The notes below the pieces were generated by a model, which worked only from the letters and a program-made list of their open reading frames with translations, was not told the DNA's origin and made no database searches. Position numbers and translations under genes: made by a program. 64,000 nt of DNA, taken from the human T2T-CHM13v2.0 reference genome, Homo sapiens. The stretch lies in NCBI RefSeq assembly GCF_009914755.1, contig NC_060926.1. One strand, given 5' to 3'. This document shows positions 15,746 to 29,759 of the stretch, piece by piece. How positions within the stretch are numbered: position 1 is the stretch's first letter; each line of letters opens with the position of its first letter.

Positions 15746-18700
15746 TGGTACCTACTTTGAAACTTAAAACAATTTTTACACATTAAAAGCCAAGCTGATT
15801 GCTTTGGTAGAATTTGTGTTAAGGGTTGTTAGTTAGAGATAGCCAAAAAAGTAGAAAGATAAATTGGTATATACAGAAAAGAACAAATTTAAACATATTG
15901 TTTAAATCTTCTTTAGTCTGTTAGTCATGAAAATATATCAGTTCAGTTAAACAATTGTGTCTCATTCCAAGAGGTGGCATTGCAGATGGGCTTTGCCTTT
16001 ACGTGTGATGCAGGCAACCAGCTCTCTAATAAAGCATTTCTATGGAAACAGAAGGAAAACAAAGGTTGATGCGTGGCACGGTGCCTCTATAGACTAGCTT
16101 TTCTAGAGTTTCTAGGGCATCCTCAGATTGCAAGGGCAACCTGACAGATTCTTCTGGATTGTAATTTGGACCAAGAGTTCAAGTGAACTTTCTGAGAAAT
16201 CCACACATCAGCAGGGAGGCATGAAGGTTGTTCATATATAAGTTGCTATTATTTTTTTACTGACGTTTAAGTTGTCTAGCTTCAATTTGCAGGGCTTTAA
16301 GAAAAGCACAGTTTTAATTTCTAATAATTCCAAGCCAGAAAAATGGAAGAAAAAATGGGAAATAAAAAAATGTTAGTTTGGAGACTTGTAACAAGTAAAG
16401 AATTCAGAATTCAGACTAAAATGTAGAGAAAAAATGAAAACTCAAAACTAATGGACAAGGCTAGAATCTAATAATAGGTATATGACTGTCTCTTTTGAAA
16501 CATAATTTTTCTCTCTCTATTCCCCCATTTTTTACCAAAGACAAATCATAGCAGGACCAATTTATTTGCAACACAAGTTTTAGTCTTATTATACTTGGCT
16601 TGATTAATTGCTTAAAGTTCAACAGGAATCATTGTTCATATAGGCTTTTAGACGTTGGCTTTGCTGGAACTTTTTTCATAAGGAATCTCAGATTGGACTT
16701 TTAAAAACCTTTCAAGCCCAGCCAATAACTTACCTCTGCCTGCAGATACCTATTATGAAGTGGGTAAATTCCTCTCTTCTTGAAGTCCTCAAAAAACTTG
16801 AGATTCTTAGGCCTGTCAGAAAGTGGCATTCTTTACTTACCATAGGTCAGGAACCCTGCAAAGTAACCATGTAGACAAGAGACCAGTCATTCCAAGGGGC
16901 TATTATTGGCTCTATAAAATCAATCTTAATTCCTCAAAGCATTCTGGTCATATCTAAAGATATGCCCTTCCAGCTGAAGCCATGCTAAATTAACCACTAT
17001 CTCTATTTATGTCCTGTTAAAAATGAAACAGATTCTTACTCAACTTACACAAATAACTATATTGCCATGAATTAAGAATACTTACAAATAATTTCCAAAT
17101 TCTGGAGAAATCAGACAGAAAGAAATATGCTTCTAAGTTTGTTTACAAGAGTATATTTACTCAGTTGTTAAAAGCTATAAATAGCTCAAAAGAAAAAAGT
17201 TTTCTTGACTCTGAAAAACAAAACATAAAGAATCAGCAATGTTTTAAACAAAAAAAGTCATAAAAAATTATTTCAGTATCTAATAGTCCAGTCCCATGCA
17301 ATTAACTCCTGTTCTTCCCGATATTACACTAACAATCCTCATTAACACTTTAGCTCTCCAGTGAAAGTTCTGGAAGTTTTTTCTCTAGTCCAATGGCACA
17401 ATCTCCAAAATTAACAGAAACCTGCTTTCAAGCATGCCTATCCAGGTCCTTTCTATGAACTCCCCATAAGAAGCAAGTTTTGTACTCTAGCTGATGATAA
17501 ACCACTTTTTGAGGAGAATCAAAGCAAAACAACTGTGGATGACAAAAGTCTTAGCACAGCCATGGTGAAAGACACAATTGACAAGGAAATTTGGTTACTT
17601 CTGTGGCATACAAAAATTTATCATAATAGATATAATTATTACTGACAACATACTGAGACATATCAGAATTATAGAAATCCCATACTATTTTGGAACACAC
17701 ACTAATAACACATTTATATAAATATAACCCAAATAAAGTTAAACATTATTTTATATTTCACAATGCTTTCTATATGATTTTAACATACCAAATAAGCTGA
17801 ATATGTCTTTCAGGGGACCTAATATCTAAAAAGCTAATGAGGTCAAAAAGACAGAATTTGAAATTTGATTTTGGAAAGTTTGTCAAATATGTAAGATTTT
17901 AAACATCTGATGTCAAAAATTAGGCAAATATTTTAGAAAGCAAAAACATTTATGCTTTGAGAGGAGACTCAGTTTCTTAAACAATAAGGCATAATAAAGA
18001 TACGAAGACAACTGAATCTGTCTTTCTCTTCCCTTTTTTTGCAGTTTACTCAACAGGTTAAAAAAAATCTGTTACTATCTCTTACTATTAACTGAAAACT
18101 TTATCCAAAAGAGAAAACAAAATTTTACTTTTCAATAGCATATTATTAATGCTAAAGCTTATTTCAATGAAATCTTATGAACAAACTCATCCAATCTCAA
18201 ACAGTTTGACCATAAAGTAAGATTTTTATAGACCCTTTTATAAACCTTAATAATTTTCTATTAAAGAGCAGATCAATGTTCCAAGAAAACCATTACTGCA
18301 ACACAAAGGCCCTGATTCTGGCCCTGTGTCAGTGTGCTTTTGATATTAATGTTTAATTTATAGAAAAAATGAAATAATTCCCTTTAAATTTTAGCCAACT
18401 TGATCACAAACAAAATTCCTTTTTTAACATTAATCTGCCATAAACCTTCTATAACTTACTTAAACCTTCAGTTTTTTTCTAATATTTTACTTTAGGACAA
18501 ATATTTCCTTTCCTCCCCAATTTTCTATATCCGTTTAGTTTTATCCATCATTTTTTTCTTTAATTTAAAACAATTCTTATAAACCTTTAAATGAGTCAGA
18601 ATTACTTTTTCTTTAACAAAAACCACATTTCCATGTTTTTTATAACCTTTTTACACGTCCTACTTTATTATATGCTTTGTATATAGAATTGTTTCTTTTA

Positions 18701-20557
18701 TATCTAGTAGTTTTAATTTTATTTATTACAGTGTTGACTGTAACTCTTGTTTTTAGTGGAAAACCTAGGAGGTAAGCAATTTTAATTATGTATTAGATTC
18801 AGAGCCCAGAACAAAGGACAGAGCTGCAGATAATGCCTTACCCTTTCCTGCATAGCCAGGAGGCATAGCTAGGCCAAGAAGAACTCATGTCTATTTGTTT
18901 AGAGCCTAGAATCTAATAGTTGTAAAACAGGCAAGTCAAATATTTGTCAAAAATATCACACATAAATATCACAATTTATGACCTTAAAACACCTAGCAAA
19001 GGCAGTATCTGACCTGCCTGTGTAATTCAGACTGAATTTCTAAATTAAAGTCTGAAGATGTTTCCATTTTATCTTACCAGTAACTTTCAAAAACTCTTAA
19101 TTTACCAAAGATTAGTCACATGAACTATGAAACTATGTGAGGTAAAATTTTTATTTTTCTGTTTAAATATTTGATTTAAGTATTTTTTTTCCTTAAGACA
19201 AGTAATTAGAGCTCTTTTACATATTTTAGTAATGAAACATCATATGTGCTTATAAATGTGTATAAACACACAGACATACAGGCAGAGAAACAAATCTTCA
19301 CTTGTCATATTTCAAAGTTTCTCTCCAGTATTTTAGACTATCAGTCTCTTGATTACCTGTTTTCTTCTCTAAGCAATTATTAGCTAGGCAACCCCAAATG
19401 TGCAATTCTAAAGGGACAGCTCTTGTAAAACAAAGTAGAAAATTTATATCTTAGAGTACAAAGGTAAAACATTTGGCCTAAATATTGTATCATCATCTGC
19501 TCAAACCACGGGAAAAAATTATGTGAGTAAAATTCAGTTAAGATGACCAGAGAAAGCACCTTAAACAAAGAGATGACTTGTAAATTTTAAACAATGGTAA
19601 ACACTTTTAATGTACACAGGTAGGCACCCTTTCAAATGGAGATTTCCTTAAATATGTAAATTTCTTTTACAAAAGAGTGTCAGGATAGCTAGCTAAATGC
19701 TAGAAAGTTGTATTTTGGCTATTTTACTTAACTCGTTTCATAATTAGATGACTAGCTTCAGAGTGGAGCCCCTTGGTGAATATGGGAAGAAAAGCATACA
19801 GTTTTTAGGGCTTACTATTTAACTACATGAGAAGCAGGCACAGCTGGAAGTAAAACGCATATCCCTCAGAATCAAGGATCCCATTTGCACATTGAATCCT
19901 GGGTCCCCCAAAAGAGACAAACACAACAGGAGGAGACAGTGCAATGTTTCCACAGTATACTTCACTGTGAGGACATTCCCTGGAGGCTGCTAGGCAACCC
20001 AACACCAGTCAGCACACTCTATAATCAGCCCATTCCCTAGACATTAAACACACCAAGGTCAAGTTTTTTCACAATACAAAGTAATTTCTCATGTCCTTCA
20101 AAGCCAAAGAGATCAGGTAAGGCAATGCAAAAGAGACTGAATATGACAAAGAGGAAAGAAGAATAAGGTGGATTAAAAATAAATAAGAGAACAATTTTTA
20201 AGAAAGGAAGCAAACGTAAGTACCATGTACATAATTTAGAAAAAAGTTTTAGCCAACTAAAAATATTCCGCAAAACAGGATCCAAAAAGAGAAAAAACAT
20301 AAAGGTCATATATACATATATATACACACACATTTATATACATTATATATTAATATATATTTTATATGCATTATATATATTTCATTTACATATATAAATA
20401 AAATGTGTGTGTGTAGCTTAGATATCAGCTTTTAATTAAGCAGATTTCTAACTGTAGTGCTCACTCCTCAAAAATAAAAAAACTTTCAAAATCTTATTAC
20501 TGGATTTCAGCTGGGACAAATAGCTTGTCTTGGCTTTTGAACTCCTTTACCAAAGGT
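15746..20557 (-). mobile_element. MER4-group ERV1 internal sequence (non-coding, truncated, no 5' LTR seen)
   Basis: AT-rich internal motifs typical of MER4-group internals ('aaaagtttcttgactctgaaaaacaaa'-like, 'gaatcaaagcaaaacaactgtggatgacaaaagtcttag', 'tggcttttgaact'). Contiguous with the LTR. No gag/pol/env ORF in the track. Confidence 0.7.
20307..20415. repeat. (TA)n/(CA)n low-complexity tract
   Basis: Directly visible alternating TA/CA runs. Confidence 0.85.
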
Positions 20558-20599
20558 CTAAAGCAGTCCTCATAAGATCTAGAAATATCAAATCAAAAG

Positions 20600-23110
20600 A
20601 GACTAAGTGATTCCTTCATCAGACCAACTCTTCTGTCAATGGTTGAGAGAAAGTGTTACTCTCAAACTATGATTGTAAAGTTGTCTATTTCTCCCTTGAA
20701 ATCTTTCAGATTTTTGAAAATTCTAAACTTCAGTTATTAGGTATATAAACATGTATGATTGTTGTGACTTCCTCTCCCTTTTATCATTATGAAATATGTC
20801 TCTATGTTTGGTAATACTAATTATTTTGAAGTCTATTTTATTTGATATTATTATTGCTACTTCAGCCTTCTGACACTTGTAGATCTTTTTCCATCCTTTT
20901 ACTCTCAATTTCTCTGTGTCTTTGTATTTAAATCTTTCCCTTTTGGATAGCATATATTGGGGTCTTATGGGCCTTTTTTTTAATATTTGAACATAATCTT
21001 TGCCTTTTAACTTGAGTGCTTAGCCCATAAACATTTACTATAAGATACATTCAGATTTAGTTCTACTATTTTATTACTGGTTTCTATGATGGTCATCTTT
21101 TATTTTCTGGTCCTTATGTTGGCCATCTTTCATTTTTTGGTCCTCTGATCTCCCTTCCCTGCCTTCTTCTTAATTACTTGAATATATTTTTAGAATTCAA
21201 TTATTTCTTTACTAGCTTTTTACCTATACCTCTTTGTATCATTGTTAAGTGGCTGTTCTATGGCTTACAATTTATATCCTTTATAATGAACAATATATAA
21301 CAGTATACTTCAATTTTTGTAGCATTTTGTGTAAAATATAGAAAACTTGCAATCATATAACAGGTCACTATCCTGTAATTACAGTTGCCATCTGAATTAA
21401 TATACACACAGATTAAAAATCCATAAATAATTTTATAATATTTGCTTTAAAGGGTAAATTATATTTTGAAGAAATTTTTAAAATAGGGCTTTTTTATATT
21501 TACTCATAATTTAACATTTTTAATGCGGTTTGTTTATGATGAAAGATTCAAGCTTTTCATCTGGTATAATTTCCTAGTTTCTCTTCAGCCTGAAGAGCTT
21601 TTTTTTTTTTTCATTAATAACATGTTTTTTGGAGTGTAGGTTTGATAGAAATAAATTTCCTTAGTTTTTCATTTAAATATGTATTTATTCGATATTAATT
21701 TTTGAAACACGTCTCACTCATTTTAAATTATGAGATGAGAACTTTATTTATTTATTTTTTACCTCTGTAAAGGTTTCTTTTTCTTCCCTGCTCTCTTTTG
21801 TTCTTCATGGGTTTCTGATGGGAAGTCTGTTTTTATTCCAATTATTACACCTCTAAAATCATATGTTATTTTCACTGAGTAGTTTAAAATTTTCTCATGC
21901 TTTTGACTTTGAACATTTTGAGTATGATTATCTACAAAATATATTCTGAATTTGTCTTATTTGGCATTTGCTCAACTATTAAATTTAACATCTTGTTCAT
22001 TTACCAAAAATGGTAGTTATAGTCATTATTTCTTCAAGCAGCTCTTCTGCTCCATTTTCTTTCTCTCCCCTTCTGGGACTCAATTACCTATATGTTAAAA
22101 CTTTTGACATTGTCTCATAGACTTCTTAGGCCCTGTTAGGTTGGTTAGAATTTTTAAAATCTCTCTCATCTTTTGGTTTAGTGAAATTTATTGACAGATT
22201 TTCAAGTTCACTGGCCATTTTCTCTTTCATCTCCTTTCTCTTATTAAGCTTACTCAGTGATTTTATTTCAGATGTTTATTTATTTCAGTTCTAACATTTC
22301 ACTTTCTTTTTTATATTGTCTGTATCTTTGCTAAGATTTTATACTCTACCTTGAAGAACAAAGTTATAAGAGGTGCTTTACTAGCCTCATACGATAATTC
22401 TAGCCTCTGCACCATCCTGATTGGCATCTGTTCATTATTAATACCTCGATATTGGGTCACATTTGCAGCCTTTCTATATTGAGTAATTTTGAATTGCATC
22501 CTGGATATCGTGAGTGTTAGTTATGCTGAATATATTCTGGATTCTGTTCTATTTTACCTCCAACAGATTATTGAAGGTGTTTATTTTGGCAGGCAATTTA
22601 CTTACTGTCACACATATAGTGCATTGTAGCTCACATCTCACTTTTTTTGTAATTTTTAGTTGTAAGTTGCTTTAATTTTGCCCACCATCCTCCATTCACC
22701 TTATGAATGGTCCCAGTAGTCAACCAGGAACTTACCTTGAGTTTATGCACTGAATTAAGGGTTCCTTTTTCCTGGTCTCTCCTTTCTGTCTTTGACTCTT
22801 TGGGAGCCATTGTTACCCCAGAGCGCCGGCACCTGTTTTTTTTGTTTGTTTGTTTGTTTTTGTTTTTTTGATGAGAAGTCATTTTTAACCTATCTCCACT
22901 GCAGCAGCAGCTATCTTAAGGATAAATCACCAATAAAATAGGGATTTTACGCTATGCTGCCCCAAGTTTTGATTCCCCTTTAGAAACTCCCTGCTTGCTT
23001 CATCCTCCAAAGCCCTCAGCTAGTTGTGTTTTTGATTTTATCCAGCATTTAGTTATTTGTGTAAGGATTGTTTTTTTAAGAGCTTATTCTTCAATTTCAA
23101 ACACCCAAAC
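20600..23110 (-). mobile_element. Old L1M 5' region (ORF2 endonuclease start, ORF1, 5' UTR relic)
   Basis: ORF 20723-20953 'FKYKDTEKLRVKGWKKIY...KAEVAIIISNKIDFK' is an L1 EN-domain relic. T-rich ORF1-like antisense sequence follows. Confidence 0.8.
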
Positions 23111-24453
23111 TTCCTGTTCAATAATTTTTGAAAACCTAAGATGATAATGTAATAACTTTCTCTCAGATGAATAAGTATTTTAATAGATTTTCTAAAATCC
23201 AGTAAAACATACTTTGGAAAAGGACAATAAAAGTTTTTCTTAAAATTTTTATTTACATATCAACTTAATTAAACGTGTTAGCTGATTTCCATGTATATAT
23301 GGAAGATCAGAGAACTAAATTCTTCAGGTAATCTATTTTTGCACATCTTTGGGAAAAAGATTTCTGTTTGATTGCCTCTAAAGCGTAGCTCATTCACATT
23401 TAATTATCTTAAGAATAGGCCACTTGTAACATTAATCCACAAAGCTGAATTTATAATTTGTAAGAGATGGCACCTTTGAAGTTGACATTTCTTTTATATC
23501 AATGAGATTGCAGCTGCAGATGAAGTGCAAATGGCAAATTATGCAAAATAAAATAATCACGAGGGGAAACTTCAGTTGAATATTTCTGTTTGATTAATAA
23601 TCTATCAGCAGATACCATCTAATTTAAATTTGCACAAAAGCATAACTGCTGTTGAAAAATTGCTGCTGTTTAACGGGGACACCAATTCACATTTCTTTCC
23701 CTCCTCCTCTTTGTGTAGCCAACGATTGCAGTTACTTGGTTTTGAATTGGGCTTTTTAGAGTTAATGCCTTGAAAATAGAAAAATAATAAAAAGCTTTCC
23801 TTCATCCTATTTATGCCTATTCACCTGCTTATCATCTTCAAGTCTTTTCTAGGTCCTATGAGACTAGAATCATTATTCAGTTTTGCCCAGTTACCTACTT
23901 CTTAAAAGAGAAATGTCATTCAGATTCTTTAAACTATAGCAGATAGTCATTGTTCTGGTTTGTCAAAGACCACCTTAAAGTGGTGACTAGAATTGAAAAG
24001 AGAATTTATTTAAGTAAGCGTGATGAATCTAACTTTTCTCATTATCTGGACTATAAAATGTCATTAAGGTTTCCTAAGATTCAATTAGGTTTCTTTGTTT
24101 TTTAAGGGGTTGGTTTCTTTATGCGTTTTGTTTCTGTAGCAACCCTATCACTCTTGTAACAGCACAACACAAACACCAGTTACCCAAGTATAAAAACATA
24201 ATTAAAAGCTATGCCTTTTTCATATCAGATAATGCCAAGTCTGGGATATATTACCTGATTCTGTAACGTAGATAAATACCTTAAATGCATTGTTATTAAA
24301 ATTGACCACAGTGATAAAATTTGACCACTTGACAGAAATTCTACCCTATTAAAGACTAATCTTTAGAGAGAAAAGAAAAAAAATATTACTTGGGTTAATG
24401 AGCTTGGATGTGGATTTAGAAGGTCTAATTCCCAACTAGTTGAATAACAATAA

Positions 24454-24765
<312 letters not shown>

Positions 24766-25907
24766 AATTGTGTAACTTTCAACAACTCATTTGACCTCTA
24801 AAATTTCTGTTTCTTTAATTGTAAAACTAGATTTTTAAATTAAATCACCTGTATCTTCTCTTTTATTCTAAAAATGGACATTTTCATGAATAAAACCCCA
24901 CATTGTAAGCAGAAACTTAACAGTCTCTAAGTAAAATTCTGTTTGTCAATAGGTCTGAGTACTCCAGGCAATGATGACTCTCATGATCACCTTCACCTGG
25001 ATGTGTTTCCAGAGATCAAAGAACTATCAGACACAGTCTCTGTCCTGAAGAATCTGATTATCTTTATACAATGACAGAGTTATACATTGAGAAACATAAT
25101 GAATGGTTTAAAAAAATGCTAGAACACATTTCCAAAGTAAATGCTCATTTTTAGCACAGAATCTTTTAAAGACCTTACAATCAAATTTATATCACATTAG
25201 TCCATTTCAACGCCATATTTTCTATTTATCTTTACTTCTGTGTCCTATAAAGGAAATGATATCATTCAACATTCAAAAGCATCTTTTAAAAAAATTATTT
25301 TTTTAGTCTTTCTATTTGCTCTTTGGAGTCATATAAATTTCTTTATTTTTTCATTCTTCTCTTTCATGTAAAGTTGCTGATTTTATAATACTAAGATTTC
25401 ATAAAAGAAAAAGACCTTCCTCTAAAACAAATGTTCTATGTGAGGAAAAAAATACACCTGTTTGCAAGGTGACATTTCTTTGAGGGGTCACTCATGGCAC
25501 AGCCTGGGGATACACAGACCACGGGCCAACATCTGTGGGGAACTCAGAGCTTTGCTAATTGCATTCATCATATTTGCTGGGGATTCACTTAGTGCTCTGA
25601 AAAAGCCAGATAATTACTGGTTATTTAAAAAATTACTTTGAAAGAAATACACATAAAGCATATCCCTCTCTTAATTCCTTGAAATAATTTCCAAAAATTA
25701 TAATTATTTTTAAATAAGTTAAAAGTAAATTTAAGGGAACTGAAAATTATTAAGGTTCTTGATTCTTGATGCTTATTGGCATGTTACCTTCAGAAAGTTG
25801 GTGCATTTGCCATTCTACCTGACGTTCTACCTGACATGTTTAAGGGTCATAGTTCTCTTTATCCTTGTCAACATGCTGAATGTTATCATTTAAAAAATAA
25901 ATAAAAC

Positions 25908-25950
25908 TGTGTGTGTGTGTGTGTGTGTGTATGTGTGTGTGTGTGTGTGT
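25908..25950. repeat. (TG)n microsatellite, about 21 units with one interruption
   Basis: Directly visible. Confidence 0.97.
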
Positions 25951-26089
25951 ATAGTCATCTGCAAGTTGAATGTGTTCTTTGGAGAAAAAAAGGTCTATGT
26001 TTGAGTCAAAAATTCCATCATCAAGACACAGCCTGTGGTCTCATATTTTCTTCAGTTGGTGACAAGGATCTGTGAATTGTGACTTGGAA

Positions 26090-26246
26090 CAGGTGGGCGC
26101 ACACCCACCCCCCGCCCCGCCACCCCCCCAAAAAGAAACAAAACCCAACTCTAGTCTTCATGACAGTGGCAGTGACCAGGAAAATAGGACAGATCTGTTT
26201 TCTCAGCTTTCTCTGCACTCCCCAGTGTCTAGAGAGGAAGGTAAGC
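26090..26246 (+). promoter_or_regulatory. GC-box cluster followed by a candidate exon ending in a strong 5' splice site
   Basis: 'gggcgcacacccaccccccgccccgcc' (SP/KLF-type boxes), then 'ctttctctgcactccccag|TGTCTAGAGAGGAAG|gtaagc'. Confidence 0.35.
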
Positions 26247-29200
26247 AAGGGTGTAAGCTCAGGCCCTGGTGTAACGTTTGTGCATAACAGAGCTGGGCTG
26301 GAACTTGGCCTCTCCACTACTGTGTGTTTTCGTTGTTGTTGTTTTTTTTTTTTGTTTTTTTTTTTTTTGGATTTCTTGACAGCTCTAACCACGTAAACCT
26401 AATAGCAGAGAAAAGGAGTAAGTGTCAGCCCTGCCATGTACAACGCTGACATAGTTTAAAAGCAAACCTTTGTTCAAAATAAATCTTAACCATTTTAGAG
26501 CACTGCTATTTCTTCACTGGAATTTGGATCAGAGAACAAATCCAGTCCACTGACAAGATGTGAGAGAAACACAAGAGTTTCTTTATTCTGTAAGATAAAA
26601 TATTTATGAGATGATTTTTATCAGAAGGCACTTATTATGTAGCAATCTTTACAGACTCTATGCTTGCTGCAGAGTTATCTATGCAAAATTTAAACTAAAG
26701 GAAACCTAGGTGTTTACATCTTAAGAAAGACATACATTTCAACCAACAGAACATGTGTTATAGAGTTGTGTTTTATAAAGGTAGAGTGGTAAACATACCT
26801 TAGGCTAAAGGAAGAAAAATGATAGGGACATGCTGCAAGCTGAATAAACCTCCCTTCTAGCTGTTTTTTTGTTTTTTTTTTTTAAGATGGTAGCTTTTGA
26901 GACAGTGCTATCTTTCAGGATATTCAGATTCCCTTTCAAACAAATGAATATTCTGTGCTCTGATTGCATGTTTTGTTAAGTTGGGTGATGACAGTGGGTT
27001 CTTAGGGTTGTCCTCCTGAGAGAGTAGCCCCAACTCTATTTTTGGAGTTTTTCTATTCTCTAGTCTTTGTATATGCCACAGACATTTGGTCTCTGAGTCC
27101 TCAGTCTTATAACAATAGATCTTAAGCTTTGTTATCTAAAAAACTATCCAGCTTCTGATTTAAAACCAAGCTGCCTAACTATAATTCTCATATCTGTTAT
27201 TTCTTCTAAGATCTCAGAGGAATGCTCTCAACCTGGACTATTTTAGCTCATTCAGTAGAACATAACAGCAGTCTCTGAGCCTGAGCTGGTTAGCCACCAC
27301 AGTTCTGTTCTGTCAGGGTAATTGCTATCATGATTCACAACTAGTGTCTCTTTTCTTCAAGAAACTGTCACTCAAATTTACCCTACCTTCTTCACCTAAA
27401 TCCAATTCTTTAGATCATAACCTAAATCTAAGCCTTTTTCATTTCACAACCCTACATCTGCAAGGTTCTTTTAATTATTCTCTGTCTTTCAATTTTCTAA
27501 CATCGACAGTATAGCCTTGCATACTTTTCATGAGGTCATTTGCTTTTTGAAAACATAAGTAGCCACCTCCTTCTTACCATACTGCAAAAACTCCTGTGTA
27601 AGACTGTTTAGGTCATTTAAAGTCTGCACATCTCCAATTTCTTCTCTTGTACTTACCACAAGAATTTAAGAAAACATTAATTACCGAATGATTTATGATA
27701 TTTTCAGTTGCATTTTACTCTAATTTGATATATCTTTATAAGCCATTGCTAATTTGTTATAACTTACTGCATAAAGAGAGTTTGATAGAGGGTTTCATGA
27801 TCTCTCAACAAAATACGAAGATAGGTAGATGATAGTAAAGTTACAGAGAAAACAATCTCCAATATTCACCTGCTCTATAGGACTAGGTCATGGAATACTT
27901 TTACAAAATAAAGAAATTTGGAGATTGTCTTTTTTGGCAAATAATGATTAACATGCATTTTTTTGGATAGAATCAATTTTTGGGATGTCACAAGGGTTAT
28001 ATAATTTAATGCTGATAAGAAACATAATAGTATCACTGTTTCTCTCATTTTGAAAATGAGAAGACTGTGAGCTAGAGAGAATACATATATCATAATTTTT
28101 CTAAGATGAACAAAAAGATCAAAACTTTAAACTCTTATCACCCCAGGCTATCTCTGTAAATGATCTTTTTAATTTATTACCTTCTTTTGGTATATATTTC
28201 CCCAGTTTTGTATGATTTGCAGCTTTTTAAAATATTCTGATTCTTTCCATTCTAAGCAAAGAAGAAGTGCATTTTTCTCCAGAATGTAAGGGAAGTACTG
28301 GGCATTTGATCTTAATTTCGCTTTTTTTACAGTGTAGAATGAACTACAGATAAGAGGGGTGGAAAGAAAGAAAAGGGAGAGAAAGCCAACATGAGCAAAT
28401 TTCTATTAATTGTCAGATCATGACACATTCCAGCCAAGAATGTTCCTATCTTCTTATCAACAAAAGTAAAATTTACTCTCTCTCTCTCTTTTTTTTCTCT
28501 TGTAAAAATAGAAACTTCTGACTTGCCTTTTAAGCTCAAAATCAAACATTTCTGGAGCACCTAGTATGTGAGAGGATCATTTTCTCTATCAAACATCTTC
28601 CCAACAATATTATGAATGCAAAGTATTATGCAGAATTGTCAAATAAACTTTAACAAGTTATGTATCTGATCCAGATTCACAAAGAAATCCAAACTCCAAG
28701 TTATCATGACTTCAAACTTCTATGCCTTTGATATTTTATGTATCACTAGATGATATTGTGTCTTTCAAATTCCTAATGTAGAATTGTTGGTAAAATGAAG
28801 CTCTCTAGCCAAATTTAAATTGACCTACGAGTTAATAAAAATGTGCTAATTTCTAATGCAAAATCTTATTTAGCATTTTTAATAACTAAAACATTCCTAT
28901 TGATATTTGCTCACAAAATTATTTTATTGTCTAAAAATAAATTGCTCAGTAATGTTTGTTTTTAAGCATTGATAATAATTTGAGGTGGAGTCTTAATTCT
29001 TGAGAGAAAAACCTGTTCTTAAAATCCTGCAGGGCAAACTCAAGCATTAGACCTTTATTTCTCAATATGTTCTTTCGCTTTTTTTAAATGAAATTGCCAA
29101 AAAAAGAATAGATTCAAATTTAAACTAAAAGTCTAGAAGCTAAAACCAAGCTAAACAAAATAACACTACATTAAAAATATAAGTAGATGAAAATGTGCTA

Positions 29201-29759
29201 TATTTTCTTGTCCACTTCATCCTGTGTAACTTGTCACTGAGCACCCATTAATTTCTTTTAAATTGTTTCCTTCACTTTCCTCTTGAGAGCTGGAGTGTTG
29301 AATCTAGCAGCAGATCACAGCTACTTATAAACACTTGGCTGAAGGACTCTCAAATTCTCTGCAAGATTTTGAGTAAAGTGAACCTAGGAATTCTGAAGGG
29401 ACACCCTTTAGTCAGTAAGGAAAGAGCGTTCATCTATTCCTTAGACTTGTTGCTGCTATCACAGAAGTCAAAGTTAAAAACACAGGGTATGAATACCAGT
29501 ACTAATTTCCTGGACTGATTATCAAGGAGCTGTCCTCTTTCATGGTCAGAGGCTAATATAAGCACTCCTACAACAAAAGCAGGAAGCTTTGTTTCTATTT
29601 TCTTACCCATAACAATCTTTGTCCTTTATTGATATGGGAGATAAAAAGTGGTGACAATATCAGACAAAAGGAAAGAAAAGAATGCGAGCTTTCATTTTTC
29701 CTCTCCTGCCTTGATGAGAAGCAGTCAAATGCAACCAAATGCCCTTGGCCATGTGAGGT

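Noticed and set aside
26021-26396. Overlapping 123/71/105-aa ORFs near the candidate exon
   Set aside because: Driven by low-complexity T and C runs (poly-K/F/P) with non-ATG starts.
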